From Chiloscyllium plagiosum (lineage: Eukaryota): a DNA stretch of 64,000 bases. Both the position numbers and the translations under genes were made by a program. Shown one piece after another: positions 12,151 to 25,935 of the stretch. The first letter of the stretch is position 1, and the number at the start of each line of letters is the position of its first letter. The notes beneath the pieces were generated by a model that was given only the letters and a program-made list of their open reading frames with translations, made no database searches and was not told the DNA's origin. The DNA lies in contig NC_057719.1 in assembly GCF_004010195.1 (NCBI RefSeq), forward strand, positions 77,977,929 to 78,041,928, given 5' to 3'.

Positions 12151-13599
12151 TCACCTCCGCTCTCTCAAGCTCTATTTTCTCTCTCACTCATTTGAAGAGT
12201 CACTGAAAAAGGTGAAAGTTAATAAAAACTAATCTTTTAATAGTAAACAGTAAATAACTCATGATGACTGTTGATTATACTTTCATAATGATTTTTTTCT
12301 TCCTTACAAATGGGGAAAAAGTCTCATCAAGGAATGCTTGTGCACTTATGGCATGTAATAACAGTTCATAAAATTAAACATAACTTAAAAATAGTAGTTA
12401 TGGTTAAATAAAGCGAATGTGAAGAATTGACTACTAGTAAAATTGTTCTGAAATTTGTCATAATTGTGTTAATGTTTCTTTAGATTATTGATCCTACTAA
12501 GTTGGGATGCATGTCTGCCATGTATGAGTACCAAGCTATTCCAAGTCAGGTTTAAGATGCTTCCAATAGAACAGAGCTTTAGCTAAATTTCATAATAAGG
12601 TTTGGGTTGAATGTTATTAAAAATTGGTTTTGTTAATTCCAGTGAGTTTCACGGAGAATTTCTCTCTGTGAGCTCCAGCAAGTTATCTTGAGCAATTCTT
12701 CACTAACTGCATTGTATCATATGCTCACTAGTTGTGAAAATGCTCTCTGCTGCCAGCATCTTCCTGGATTCCCACCACCAGAGTCATTAAAAGGCCTTAC
12801 TGTGCATTAGCAGCCAGGAATAGCACTTCACAGGAAACATAGTGGGAAGGAAATGAAAAATATGAGGACACATATGAGGCACTTCATTGGAAATACAAGA
12901 TTGCATTTATAAATGTATTGCTGCTTTGTCATCAGCTGTCTGATCAACTGTAACTGCAACGACTAGAATTAAGCTATGGGTGCTACCTATCTTAAGCACT
13001 ATACTATGTTAGAACACTATCTGAGTGCTACTCTTTGCATTAATATTATCTTGTCATTGTTGAATATGGAAGCATCACATGTCGTAAAACCTTCAAACAG
13101 TTGTTAATGTTAATTTTCCCTGTTGTTTAATAAAAGCAAAGAAGCAAACAAAATAGTTAGTTGCTTCTGGGACTAAACAGAGGCTGCTTGGCTTTTCATC
13201 AATAACAAACTTAGTCAATAAATGATGACTTCACCCCATTCCGATCTGTTGAAAGCAGCTGTCAATTAAGTCCTGTCTGGCTTTCTGTACCCAGTGCTAC
13301 ACAACTCTATCATGATGAAGGCGATGAAGGCGATGCACTTGACATGAGAGAAAAGTAGGCTCTTCAGCTCATCAAGTCTGCTCTACCATTCAAAAAGATC
13401 ATGGCTGTGCTGATAATTTCCAACTCTACTTTCCTGCCTTTCCCCATAATCCTTGATTTCCTTCCTGAATAAAAATCTGTCTGTCTCAGCCTTGAATATA
13501 CTTAGTGTAGAGGGCTGTTGAGGCTAGGTCATTAAAGAACTCAACGCATTGACTACCCTCTGAGAGAAAAATTTCCTCCCTGTGCAAGGTTCATGCGAC

Positions 13600-14500
13600 A
13601 CATCCATATGGAGTGTACCACAAAGCTGCTTCCAAACTAATCCAAGCATCAAACTCTCATCTTCAGGAGACCTATCATCTACTTCACAATGGCCCTGGTG
13701 AAAGAATGGGCTGCATTGTATATACGGACTGTCTCAGTTGAGGAGTTCTGTAATGAAGTCAAATGATTAGAGAGTAACCCCCAGCAAAACACTTTTTAAG
13801 GCATGTAGCCTTTTGAATGAATCAGGAACCTGTACGTTATCTGGGATGTAGGCATAATGACAACTTCCAGGATACCTGGCACTGACCTCACAGATATTGT
13901 CCTGATGATCACAGATGACTGGTACATTGACTGAACAAAACCCATTTTCAAATGAATAAATCACGATGATATGATATGGCCCCCTCAATGCATTTGTGTA
14001 CAGCTTTTTGTGCTCAGACCCGAGGGAAGTCACATGTGGGAAATTCCTTTGCCCTGGCTGCAGCTCTGACCTCGTCAGGGGAAAATGAGATGAAGCGGTG
14101 TGACCGTGCTCAATTTGCATTGGTAACAGCTTTAATACATTTTTGGGTGAAGGTTTGAGGGATCCTACATAGATCCCCAGTGGATCTTTTGGATACAACC
14201 AATTTGATAACAATTTAGTTCAGCTGTCAACTTGTTGGCCACCATTACAAGATGGTCACCCATCCCTAATCCAGGCGATGATGCATGCCTGTTGTGGTGT
14301 TTGTGGTAGCACTGCACCTTGCTCACCTGGAGAAAATTATATTGAGGACAATATCTCTGGGCTTCCTATGTCTTGTCCACACCCTCAGGGGATTTCAGCT
14401 GCAACTTCATGTTGAGCATCTTAGGCAGCTGCTGGCCCTGGATTTTCTGACACATATGTTTCTCCCCCATCTCTCTGCACGTTCGTTGTGTAGCAGTCAC
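13600..14500 (-). pseudogene. PIF/Harbinger DDE transposase relic (HARBI1-like)
   Basis: Minus strand FENGFCSVNVPVICDHQDNICEVSARYPGSCHYAYIPDNVQV..LLG matches the Harbinger pattern NRKGFHSINVQ.VCD....VCARYPGS.HD. Upstream, across frameshifts, VANKLTAELNCY..G and STGDLCRIPQTFTQKCIK match the N-terminal HTH region. Confidence 0.85.
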
Positions 14501-15309
14501 AATAATGTTAATACGTGTCATGGCTAGATCCATTGTCACAGTTACAGTAAACTATATAGGGAATATAAGAAACAAAACCAGTCTCGAGTGAGCAGTTAGC
14601 AGTCACAGCACATAGAAATGATAGTTTACTGGTGTCCTCAGTGCAGTGGGACATGGAGGACTCCAACAAGAAGGGAAATGGGCAACTTTTTTCTGATATA
14701 TGTCATGCAAGTACAGAAGGAGATTGCATGTCTGGTGGGTTTACTGGTATCTTGTCCCCCATATTCACCATCCCGCCTCTGCCTGGAAAAAAAACTGCAT
14801 TGTATACAAGATGATATTGTCAAAAGTTACAGTTCAAGGTGAGAGGAAATAATTTTTACAATTTTGCACAGCCTGTGAGACCATAGATTGGCTTTATGAA
14901 TTTAGCCTATAAGTAACACTTCTAAGGTGGCCTGTGCTTACTGCTGCTTCACACAGATGACTGTGATCAATTAGTAATGGCCGACGATATGGTCAAGATT
15001 TGTTTATGACCAGAATTTGGATTCCTCACAGTTGGACACTGTCTGCATTGAGATAGTGCAGATGACATAAGCTTATACGGTGAAAATGAATGACTAATGT
15101 AATTGCTTTTTGAAGGGCTTCACATCATTCATAAGCACACTCCAATTACTAGGACAGACAAAATACTTACGTTATGTCGTCCCAGTTATTTTTCATTTCA
15201 ATTGCACACTTGTGATTTCGAAGAGAATGGAAGGAGCAGTTCACAGTGGGAGTTATAGGCTGAGCTTGTCAATCGGAGTGACGCCAAACCTTCGTGTTCC
15301 TTTTATACC

Positions 15310-15630
15310 TGGGGGTCAGGGTGTCCAGAACTAGAGGGCATAGGTTTAGGGTGAGAGGGGAAAGATATAAGAGACCTAAGGGCAACTTTTTCCCACACAG
15401 GATGGTACGTGTATGAAATAGGCTGCCAGAGGAAGTGGTGGAGGCAGGTACAATTGCAACATTTAAGAGGCATTTGGATAGGTATATGAATAGGAAGGGT
15501 TTGGAGGGATGTGGGCCGGGTGCTGGCAGGTGGGACTAGATTGGGTTGGGATATCTGGTCGGCATGGAAGAGTTGGACTGAAGGGTCTGTTTCCATGTTG
15601 TACATCTCTGTGACTCTATGAATCTATGAC
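15310..15630 (+). mobile_element. HER1/CR1 LINE 3' end
   Basis: agaactagagggcataggtttagg...gaagggtctgtttccatgttgtacatctctgtgactctatg; the tail is shared with the HE1 SINE. Confidence 0.85.
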
Positions 15631-16344
15631 CCCAGCTGGTTTGATCTTCTACACATTCCCACCTTTTCTTCCTGAGCCTGAGGCCTACAAGTTAGATATA
15701 TCAGCCATTGTGATTCTGCCCTTTCCACCAAAGCCAGAGAAGTGGTGTCTGTCAATGATTTCCACTCCCTCCAAACCAAAAGAGTGATCTGTACTTTCTC
15801 ATGCTCTATCGTCCCCCATCCATATGTGCACTGATCCCTGCCTGCTCCTCTAATTCCCATAGTAGATTCCCCATATTGTGCCCCATGGCAGAAACTCCTT
15901 ACTTTCAGTGAACAGGCCCTCAGGAATGATAGTGTGTCCCTTCCCCCAACTGACTTGGAAGAACAATCCCAAATAATGACTGACCAATCTCCCGACAGGT
16001 ATTTGTGCAACTCCACAGACTTATTGATATCTACACATTGCCACACTCCTTGAATGCTGAACACCCCAAGTGACCAACTGATTGTGTCCATGTTCTGGAC
16101 TGAGATTGGACAAATTCTTGACTGAGAATCCTCTTTTGTTTGATTGAGAACTGCTTCCCTTAGACTTGAATCATGGCCATTTAGTTGAAGTACATTCAGA
16201 ATATTTGTCACATAAGCTGCTGGCACATATTGCAGAGGTGGTATTGACGTAGCATGGTGCTGTACACAAAACGTTTTCCCTCTTGACTGATCTGCTGTGT
16301 CTGACATAAAGACTAGACAAGCTAAAGTACTGTGAAGCTACTGT

Positions 16345-16650
16345 GGGGTGGCACAATGGCTCAGTGGTTAGCACTGCAGCCTCACAGCACCAGGAACTGG
16401 GTTCGATTCCACCCTCTGGCGACTGTTCATCCCGTGTCTGCATGAGTTTCCTCCAGGTGGTCCAGTTTCCTCCCACAATCCAAAGATGTGCACGTTAGGT
16501 GGAGTGGCCATGTGAAATTGCCCATAGTGCTATGTGCATTAGTCGGGGGAATGTAGAGAAATAAGGGAATGGATCTGGGTGGGTTACTCTTTGGAATGTT
16601 GGTGTGGACTGTTGGGCCAAAGGGCCTGTTTCTAAACTTTAGGGATTCTA
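16345..16650 (+). mobile_element. HE1-family V-SINE
   Basis: tRNA-like head (tggctcagtggttagc, ggttcgattcc), V-domain (ggtttcctcccaca.tccaaagatgtgc) and CR1-derived tail. Confidence 0.85.
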
Positions 16651-19600
16651 AGTATATGTTCTGAATAATATGGAATTAATTGTCCAAAAATGCAAGGTAT
16701 AAAGTGAGTGAACATGAAGAGAGCAAGCTAAAAACCAGCTTCATCCAGCTTGATGGGTGCCTGTCCCTGTCAGCTGGGTGACTTGATAATATTGCAATGA
16801 AAGGTGTCAGTGACTTAAAGTGCAGTTTTGAATTATATTATAAGTGAACAAGATATCCTATGATAGTGTAATGAGGCTGGTGGGTGTCTGATGCACACTT
16901 CTATGGATGGGGGGAGTGCCCTAAGATGTTGGAGAATACTGACCAAGATGGATTACTGGAGACTCATTCAGTGAGCTGCAGTATGGAGCTGCTTGGGTGT
17001 TCCTGTCTGCCTAGTTTGTCACTCTCTAGTTTTTCCCCACTCTTTGTAAAATAGCAACTTGCTATGAGGCAAGATTAGGTGGTGATGAGATGTTAATACA
17101 TGTAACTAGGCTACTCACGTTATTCTCACCTATTAAAAATCTGGGTGGAAAATCAGACATTTTTTCCCCCTTGATGTTAAGCATCACATTTTTTTCTGAT
17201 TTGTTTTGTGCATTTTTCCAGCTCACTCACCATTGTCTGCATCTTTCATGGACAGAGAAGATTTTGCCCATTGACTTTATTTTGCCCTACCTGTTACACA
17301 ATATAAATAGTCTCTAGTCATCCTTACCACCGTGGCTTCCCATTTACAATGGGAAGATAGGCCAAACTTCAGTTTAATGTGATCAATTGGAAAGTATCTT
17401 TTATTTTCCATCTTGGTCTGTTTGATTATCTCTTCAACTCTATGATTAATTGTCCAAGCTGAAATTAGAGATTGTGTGAATACCAAATTTCATTTGAGGA
17501 ACGGTTTCCACAGAGCACCAGATGTTTCGGAATTAATTTTTACTTTTCGACAAAAACTGTAAATTAGTGATGGTTTATGGCCACGTCTCTACCCTTGATT
17601 TTGTATTGTGTTTTTTGCCTTGGGTTCTTGCCATATCTAATTGAAGCCATTTGACCCAGACTGCCCAGAGTCACTTCATTTGAGTCTACGTATGGAATAG
17701 AAACCTTAGACTTGATTAGCCAGAGTTTAATTTGCACACAGATCCAGAGATGGAATGAGGGAACTCATAGCATTGGTCAGGTTCAATCTCTGCCCTTCTT
17801 AAGATTCATGTGACCAAATCATGGACAAAAAACAATCCTCCAGTCTATCAAGCCTGTCCCAAAGAACTACAATGACTAGTGCATCAAAACGTACACACAT
17901 CCCACCTATTCTGAAAGTTATGCAACCTCCTGGGAGAAGCCAAAACACTATAATCTAGTCTGGTGACAGAGGTGGGATTAGTTGTGAGAAAGTGTGGAAA
18001 CATGTTTCTGAATGTTTAAATCTAGTAAATATCACTTGGGAACTGTTTCATGTCATCCGACACCCCTCTTTTTATATCAGATGGTCACCATCGCAGCCAG
18101 AAATAGGTGCAAATCGCGCTTGAAGGAATTTAGCAAATCAGCATCTGCCACACCAATCAGCAAACTGTTCAATGGGCCCACTGTTTTATGTTGAAAACCA
18201 ATATCTGATATCTAACCCAGTTCTGACCTTGCATAACTTTAAATTATAATCCTTCGTTCTCCCTAGCATGTTTAATTGAAACAAACTGTTGATTGAACAC
18301 ACCCTTTTCTCAGCATCTTTTTGGACACATGCACATTGGTCAAAGTAACATTGCTGCTCTGATAACAACTGATATTTGTTTCTAAGACAGAAATGTCTCT
18401 TTCCTATTTCTAATCCCAGATAAATTTATTCATTGAGATATATGACAAATGGTGTCTAAACATTAGTAATCATTGCAGAATTTATCAATGAGCTGCATTG
18501 CCACAAAGCTGTAGGAAAAATCTGGTCGAATGAATAATATGTTGTATTGAGATTCTTTACATAAATAACTACATTGACCTTCCAAGCAATTCTTGTATTT
18601 TATCAATGGAAATATGCCATTTTCAAACCTAGTAGCCTATTCAATTAATGAAAAGGGATCAGTTCAGATGTTTTCACCTAAATGTTCTAATGTACACAGC
18701 ATGATTTCCTTTTCAAAATATGTTGAATTTTCTGCATAATTATACCATTACACAATAATTTGCTTCATATATATTTTAAATGTGAGGTGAATTTGAACTT
18801 TTATACAATATCTAGAATGAAAAATAGCCTTGATTATAAAGCAAGAAATATTTCTCATGACTTTTGTCCTCTTCACTCTACCAAAAATCTGAAGTAGTTT
18901 TAAGCTTCTCTGTCTGAGAGACCCTCTGCAAAGACTGATGCATGCCTCACAGCAACTGTTCATAATTCAGGGCAAAAAAAAGGATCTTAACAGTCTCTTC
19001 ATTTTGATAACCATGATCAAGTCAAACATTTATTTAAAAAACAGCAGCAAAAGTAATGTGCTTGTCAGTCAAATAATGTCAAAAATGGTGCTCATCTTGA
19101 CAACCTTGTTGTCATGACTTACCTGGAAGGATTGCGCTGATAATGACGCTGCACTGTTCCAAAAACTGCCATAAAATCCCAATATGACCACCAAAACGAT
19201 CAATTTGCCTGCCTGACTGCTCAGGACAAAAGCAACTCATCCCTGGTTTTGTCAGTAACAGAAACAAAACCTATTTATTGTAATACTTACTTTCATTTTA
19301 ATTGCTCTTGTTAAAGTTATTTCTAATCTGGTGCAATATAAACTCTACACCCCTCAAAACCCAAATACACATAGAATCATAATTAAGAAAGAGAAAAGAC
19401 AAGCCATTTAACACATATACTATGGGTCATAAAATAAGGTAGACAGGGTAAACAACTTGAAGATCAAATGTGCAGAGCACAATGTGAAAATTTATTTTCT
19501 CTCAGTACTTTTAATTTTTAATTGAATTTTAAGGTGGTGGTTGTTTGTGATGGATGAATGGGTGGATTTTGGCCTTTTCCTGGAATTCTTTCTTTTAAAT

Positions 19601-21028
19601 GTTCTTGTTTTTTATGGTTTTTTTATTACATTGGGAAGTTGGAATAGAATAGGATAGAATAGGATATCCTTCATTGTCACGTGTACTCCACTACAGAAGT
19701 ACAAGAGTACAGCGAAAAGTTTTTACAATGGCTGCCTCTAATGGCGCCATCTTAGGTACAAGTACCTAGATACAAATAATCTGATACAAAAGAGGATTAA
19801 AAGGAAAAATAGTAGCATTATTTAGTGTCTAAAAGAATAAGTTAAGTAAGATAGTTATAACATAGTTAAAGGATTGACTTTGCAGTCTGGTAAAGAATTT
19901 CAGGTTGACATTACACTAGTCCACCCGCACCAAGCACCAGTTCAACACTGTTCCGCTCCACTCCAAGCCTCCAGTCCACTCCACACTGGCACTCAGCTGC
20001 ACCAAGGTAAGTTGCGCAGCTCCGGGACTCTGAACTTCTCGCAGATCTCTCCAGGTCTCATTTCCCCTCGAACTGCTCCAGAGTCAGTTCCTTACACACC
20101 TCTCCAGGACACGTTTCCCCTCGAGTTGCTCTGGGTCACGCTTCGCGTACTGCTGCTTCCAGGCAAATGAGAGAGAGAGAGAGATGGATGCTTTCAGTTT
20201 GTAGGTTCTGGAAATTTCTTTCCTTTGCACTGCTACCTGTGACTACTTAACATTCTATATCTCAACCAACTTTGAAGGCTGGTGTGGCAGAATTTCCTGA
20301 ACACACAAGTTTCTGTGTGCTGCTCAGACTCAAATACTCTCTTTCACTGCTCCAAACTGAACAGTGTTGCACAGCTCAGCAATATGCAAACACTTGGTTT
20401 TCAAGTTGCAAAACTCTCCTGTTTTTTTTTCAGCCGAATCAGTCAAACTTTCATTCCAATACATAGTCCCAAAAAAAACTTTCTTTCCAATGTATAGTTC
20501 CAAAAAGAAAACATGTGTCATAGAGTCATAGAATCCTCCAGCATAGAGACAGGCCCTTTGGCCTAAAGTGGTCCATGCTGATCAAAACGTCCATCCACAC
20601 AAACCCCATTTCCTGCACATAGCCCATATCCTTCTAATCCTTTCCTATCCATGTGGTCTCTACACTTCATAGATCTGGATTCCTCTTCAATCTCATGGTG
20701 TAAAGAAATATCGTGAACTAATTTTAAGCCTCCAGAGTATGCTAGTGCATACATATGGGATTCTTTGATAGGCTGTCATTTTAAATTTTTCAGTAAAATA
20801 GACGTCGTTTAATTCCCGGATTCCATATCGAGAGATCATTTTGTTATGGTGATCAACTGTTTTTAAAATGCTGTGCTTAGGCAAGATCAAATTCCAGAAA
20901 AGTCTATAGTTGAAAGATCGTCAATGTAAAATCATTCAAATCTAAAAAGGTACAAGCAATTTAGAAGAAAAGAAGCCAAAAAAAAGCTTCCATGTTCTAT
21001 GTTTTACTAGCGGAAAGCTATTCTGGTG

Positions 21029-22213
21029 CAGCAAACAGGATCTTTATTCTTACTGAACAAACCAAAGCTGGTAGGAGCTTTGCAGTCTGTCTAGTAATCA
21101 CATCCCAAATCACCATGTCTGTTTCACATTTAGGACAATGTCAGGATAGGGTGACCATGTTGCTTGTAATTTCAATGATTTTGGAATATTTCATTCACAA
21201 TGCTTTTTACAAAACGTTGTGATTTGTCCAGTGAAGGTTAGGGGATAAAACCAACTTAGAAGCATATGAATCAGGCATGTGTAGGTTAGGTGCATTAGTG
21301 AGGGGTAAATGTAGAGTAATAGGATAGGGGAATGTGTCTGGGTGGGTTGCTGTTCAGAGGGTTGGTGTGGACGTGTTGTGCCTAATGGCCTATTTCCACA
21401 CGTAGGGGTTCTATGATTATCAAATGTATATGTTTATGTTGATGATACTCGCTTGTTTTATTAAATTTGATGAATATGTTAGGTTTTAGTGGAAATTAAC
21501 AAACTCATTTCATAAAGGATATCAACAATACTTGAAATATGGAGCAAATGCTAGAGAATTTACTAATGCACTGATCCTTCTAGGATTATTAGACAACTTT
21601 CATTTAAACTGAATAATTTTTGTTATCCAGAGATGTACTTAATCCTGGCACAAGGGAAATTCAGTTCCATTTTATTCCTTGTTCACACATTGTAATGCAT
21701 GCATGAGACTTGGCAGTGATTAACTGATACAATGAGTGTCACAGAATACATGTCTGCAAAGGGTGCATGATAAGTAAGGTTAAACCTACTTCCAGCATGT
21801 CACTAGATTTGGTGTAGTATGCTGGTTATGTTTCTCCACCACCCTGAGAGCACTGAGATCAACTGATCATCTGATTAATGTTTCTCCCCACTTAATATAA
21901 CCACAGACTCATGGTTCATATTGAGGTGTTTGCAGTGAGGTGTTGTCAATGCAGACCTCAGTCATAGTCACATGAGTTTGCATAACAAATGTTGTTAATA
22001 CTGAAAAGTTCTGTTGTTTACAAAGTTTTGTAAAAAGCATTGTTTGAATGAAACGTTCCAAAATCATTGAAATTACAAGCAACATGGTTACCCTATCCTG
22101 ATATTGTTCTAAATGTGAAACAGACATGGTGATTTGGGATCTGATTACTAGACAGACTGCAATGCTCCTACTGGCTTTGGTTTGTTCAGTAAGAATAAAG
22201 AACTTGTTTGTTG
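21029..22213. repeat. Long inverted repeat: arms 21029-21220 and 22020-22213, ~800-bp spacer
   Basis: Manual alignment gives 13 substitutions and one 2-bp indel over ~192 bp. Also visible as twin ORF peptides MSVSHLGQCQDRVTMLL (+) and MSVSHLEQYQDRVTMLL (-). Confidence 0.95.
21275..21418 (+). mobile_element. HE1 SINE 3' half
   Basis: ggggtaaatgtagag...gggtgggttgc...ggtgtggac..gcctatttccacac matches the 3' part of the other HE1 copies. Confidence 0.75.
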
Positions 22214-22436
22214 TTTCTATTGCTTAAGCAAATTAATCTGCTAAATAAGAAACTTGGGCCATTTTATATGCTTGTCAAAAATAACACGACTGAAATTTGA
22301 ATCTTTTTTGACAAGCCCACAAAATCGTCTGCTCCATTACTTTGAAAGCTGTTTACTTATTACACTAATTACCTGGCTGTGAGATTTGGTTTTTTCCCTG
22401 GAAGTAATAATTATGTTTCTTAATTTCAATTGTCAG

Positions 22437-22564
22437 ATTTGGTATTAATCGGCGGTCCCCTGGGTCAGTTGATCGTCTGAGCTTTAATGATGGTGGCGGG
22501 AGTGGTAAATCCACACCTATCTGGCAAAGAAGTGAAGATAGCAGCATGGAGAAAACCACAGCCG
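22437..22564 (+). CDS. SIPA1L1: SIPA1L1 internal coding exon (128 bp, phase 2-1)
   Basis: tgtcag| acceptor, |gtttgt donor. FGINRRSPGSVDRLSFNDGGGSGKSTPIWQRSEDSSMEKTTA matches SIPA1L1 FGVSRRSP...GGSGKSTPSWQRSEDS. Not in the ORF track on this strand. Confidence 0.92.
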
Positions 22565-24699
22565 GTTTGTATGGTGTTGAATTTATGCTGAATCAGACTT
22601 TAGATAAGTGTAAATCACTTATCAATTAAGAAGTGTCAGTCATTCCAAATTATTTGCTATATGCTTTATGTAACTAATTACTTTGTGATTATACTGACAT
22701 ACATTCTTCAAATTTAAATACAGATCTCTTAGTTCTATTCCAGACTTGCTCAAATCATCCTAATATGTTTTAGCATAGCTGGTTTTAGAATTGTTTTGGT
22801 TCAACTGCAGTGACAAATGTAATAGAGATGTTCCTGGAATTTCTTTTTTCATAAAGTTATGCAAATTTGCAGCAGTAATGGAAGACAAATGACCTTCACA
22901 TCTTTAGTTTGTTTGGTCTTCTCAAATTTATGACTTCGCACTTGGTTAAAATGAACAGCATTTGCCACTCATTGACCCACCGACTTAGTCCATTGAAATT
23001 TTCTTACAGTTCACAACATTATTCCTTAATATCACAGCCAACATATCACCTAACACGATAAATGCCTGCAAACTCTTCGGAGGGTTGGTGTGGACTTGTT
23101 GGGCCTAATGGTCTGTTTCCACACTGCAGGGATTCTATGAAATTCGATGAAATGAATACCAAGTTAAAGCACAAGGAATTTCCCAAAAGATTCATACTAA
23201 AACTGAGAATAAGAACTTTTTTTTTTTGCATGCCTCATTCCATGCTTTCAACATCACTTAGACAATATGAACATTTATCTAACAGTTTAAAGACAGAAAA
23301 TACTAAAAATATACAGCACCAAGTTTTAAAAAGCTAATATTTTGATTATAAATAACGTTTTTGGCAAATGCACAGAAAGGGAATGAACCAAACTGGAACT
23401 GGAAATCACAGTAAGTCAATTAGCTGATCACTGCAATCAAGAAACTATGAACATAATGTACTTAATCAAAGAGTAGACAGCAGAAGATGACAAATCCTAA
23501 ATATTTGTTTCAAAAAAATTAATTGGTTGGAAATGTTCAACAGGTTGTCAGCACCATAGGCTAAAGACAGGTGAATGTTTTAAGGCGGTTTCAAATGCCT
23601 TTGGTAATTTTGCCAGAAAATTTATATCAATTGATTCAATAAAACATAACCTGATATGTTTCTTTCCACTTCCATGGTAAAGACTTAAAACCACAGCCTT
23701 TATTTGCAAAAATAGAGAATAGGATTTTTTGATTTTTAAAAAAAAGCATAATGAAATTACTGAGCTTATTTCCACGAAGTAATAATTTTGGATCGTAGTT
23801 ACCAACTGAATTGAATGTTTGAATTCATTTTGGAAGTGAATATCATGTTTTTTCTTATTTTAATTTTTTTTGTGAATGGCTGCATTAAGAAGTTTAGTGA
23901 TATAAAGCTCCAAAGGGAACTGAGTCAATGAGTGTAAACTCCTGTCCAAAACTGCAGCAGGTCATGGTACTTCGTTTAAATAATGCTATTGTATTTCGAT
24001 TCAAAGAAGTCCCAGTAATCTATTCTGCTTATGAATAGTCTATACATCTTATGTTCATTATATCTGCTCTGTTGCTGCTTTATTCTTCAACTTCTATAAA
24101 GTATTGGATTTTTCCTGAACTAGTTCTTTCTCTCCACTTTTACTCAATGTTCCTGTGTGTCTCCCAGCTACAACCACACGATTTACCTCACTTACCACAT
24201 GTATAACCCACATTGTGACATTTCCAGTGTTTCCCCTTCAAGCTAGACATTTTTATTTGTAACCACTTGTATAGCTGCCATGAAAATCTATTAATAAGAG
24301 ATAATAATTGCCAGTGTTGCTCTTTTTCATTCAATTGTTCACGTTTATTTGCCAGAAAATACTCCTACATCTCATCATGTCAGCTGTCCATTTATTCATG
24401 CCACAGTAATTTGATTGTTAATTGAGATGTTCAAAATTCAATGATATTTAAAATTATTTATTAGATGTAACTAGGCATTGGGAAGCTTTGGCTGTTCCAT
24501 GAAAGAAAAAACAATATTGGACTGAAAATAAAGTAATTTTATTTATGTCTCCACAGATACTGCCAGGTCTGCTAAGTGTTTCATGCACTTACTGTTTTTA
24601 TTTCTGATATTCAGCATCTGTAGTATTTTATTTTTACTGCAGTAAGCAAAGACTGAATTTGTTTGGTGTGCTTGTACAAATGAAATGGTGCCCTGTTGA

Positions 24700-25070
24700 T
24701 AATGTTACTTGACTAATAACCCACATTTCCAGGCTGATGTTCTGGAGATTGAGTTCAAATTCCAACATGGTTCTGATAAAATTGAATTAGTTAATAAATC
24801 TGGAACATAAAGATTATGTCAGTAATGGTGACCATGTCAACTATCATTGGTTATTGTAAAATCTCATCTTGTTCACTGTTCTCCTTTGAAAGGAAGTAAT
24901 TCTGTCATTCTTGTCCAGTCTGGCTGACATTACTCTAGACCCACAGCAACGTGGATGACTCTTAATTGCCCTGTAAGATGGAATAGCAAGCTACCTAGTT
25001 CAAGAATAATAAGGATGGACAATAAATGTTAGCCTTGCCAGTGACACCTGTGTCTAATGAAACAATGTTT
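24700..25070 (+). mobile_element. SacSINE1/DeuSINE-like SINE
   Basis: tRNA-like B box gagttcaaattcc, Deu-like core (gtccagtctggctg...agacccacagcaacgtggatgactcttaattgccct) and tail ggatggacaataaatgttagccttgccag. Confidence 0.65.
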
Positions 25071-25369
25071 CAAAAATTTGAAATCCAATCCCTAATGGGG
25101 AATAAAAGATGTTTGTTTGTTTTCTGTTTAGTTTAGAATTCAGGGAGTCTTTTTCTATCAGAGGAACTTCAGGAAATTGATGAGGTATTGCTGTCTTGAA
25201 AGTGGGCAGATAAATTCAGGAACTTTGGTTGTATTCTCATCAGAGATGTCAAATTTATCTGTAAGCTTACTAAAACAGACTGCTCACAATGTTGACGTCA
25301 TGTCTGATGCTGAGATGAACTTCACGACCACAAATCCTCTCCTCAACAAAAATAGCCAACTTTCACTTC

Positions 25370-25935
25370 CCTCATGTCATCTGAGTCCACCTTTCCTTTC
25401 CTGTTAAAGACCCTATTCCTGTTTTTGTTCTCTTTCAACTTGATCATTCCGATGCTTTTCTGGGTTTTTTTCCCATCTTCATTCTTTTGCAAACATAAGC
25501 TCATCCAAAACTCTGCTTTTTATATCTTAATTTGTACTGATGTATCATCACCCATGATCCCAGAACTCACTGACCTTCATTGGTTCCTGGTTTGCCGATA
25601 CTTAAAGTCTTTAAAAAGTTGCCCTTGGTTCAACCTCAATGGCCTTGTCACTACCCATCTATGTAACTTTCTCCAGCCCTACTAGCCTTTGAGACCAACA
25701 TGGTCTTTCAATCTTGGTCTCCTGTACTCTCTAACTTTAATTGTAGTGGCTGTATCTTAAGCTGCCTCAGCTTTAAGCTCTGGGAATTCCTCCCTAATCC
25801 AATTTAAGTTAGTCTTTAAACCCTACCTCATTGATCAATCTTTTAGTCATTTGTTCTAATCTCTATGTGGTAAGTATAAAACTTTGTTTAACATGTTCTG
25901 TGAAGATCTTGAATTTTTACGACATTAGAGTGTTC
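25370..25935 (+). mobile_element. L2-type LINE 3' fragment
   Basis: ctcatccaaaactctgct...catcacccatg...ctcactgaccttcattggttcctg (LIQNSA...LTDLHWFLV) is typical of the L2 RT C-terminus. Confidence 0.65.

Larger units (their letters stand above)
12651..17269. mobile_element. Putative extent of the decayed Harbinger transposon, with nested CR1 and SINE insertions
   Basis: Degenerate terminal inverted repeats: acggagaatttctctctgt at 12651 versus the reverse complement of acagagaagattttgccc ending at 17269. Contains the transposase relic. Confidence 0.4.

Noticed and set aside
15624..16307. 227-aa ORF on the minus strand, the longest non-N ORF
   Set aside because: No recognisable domain and it lies in the decayed Harbinger interval; probably a chance ORF in TE sequence.
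16345..16420. tRNA-like A/B boxes (also at 41532, 50479, 53111)
   Set aside because: These are SINE heads continuing into the V-domain, not tRNA genes.
25132..25190. Exon-like segment (tttctgtttag ... gag|gtattg) in the phase-1 intron
   Set aside because: Each candidate acceptor gives an in-frame stop or the wrong exit phase.
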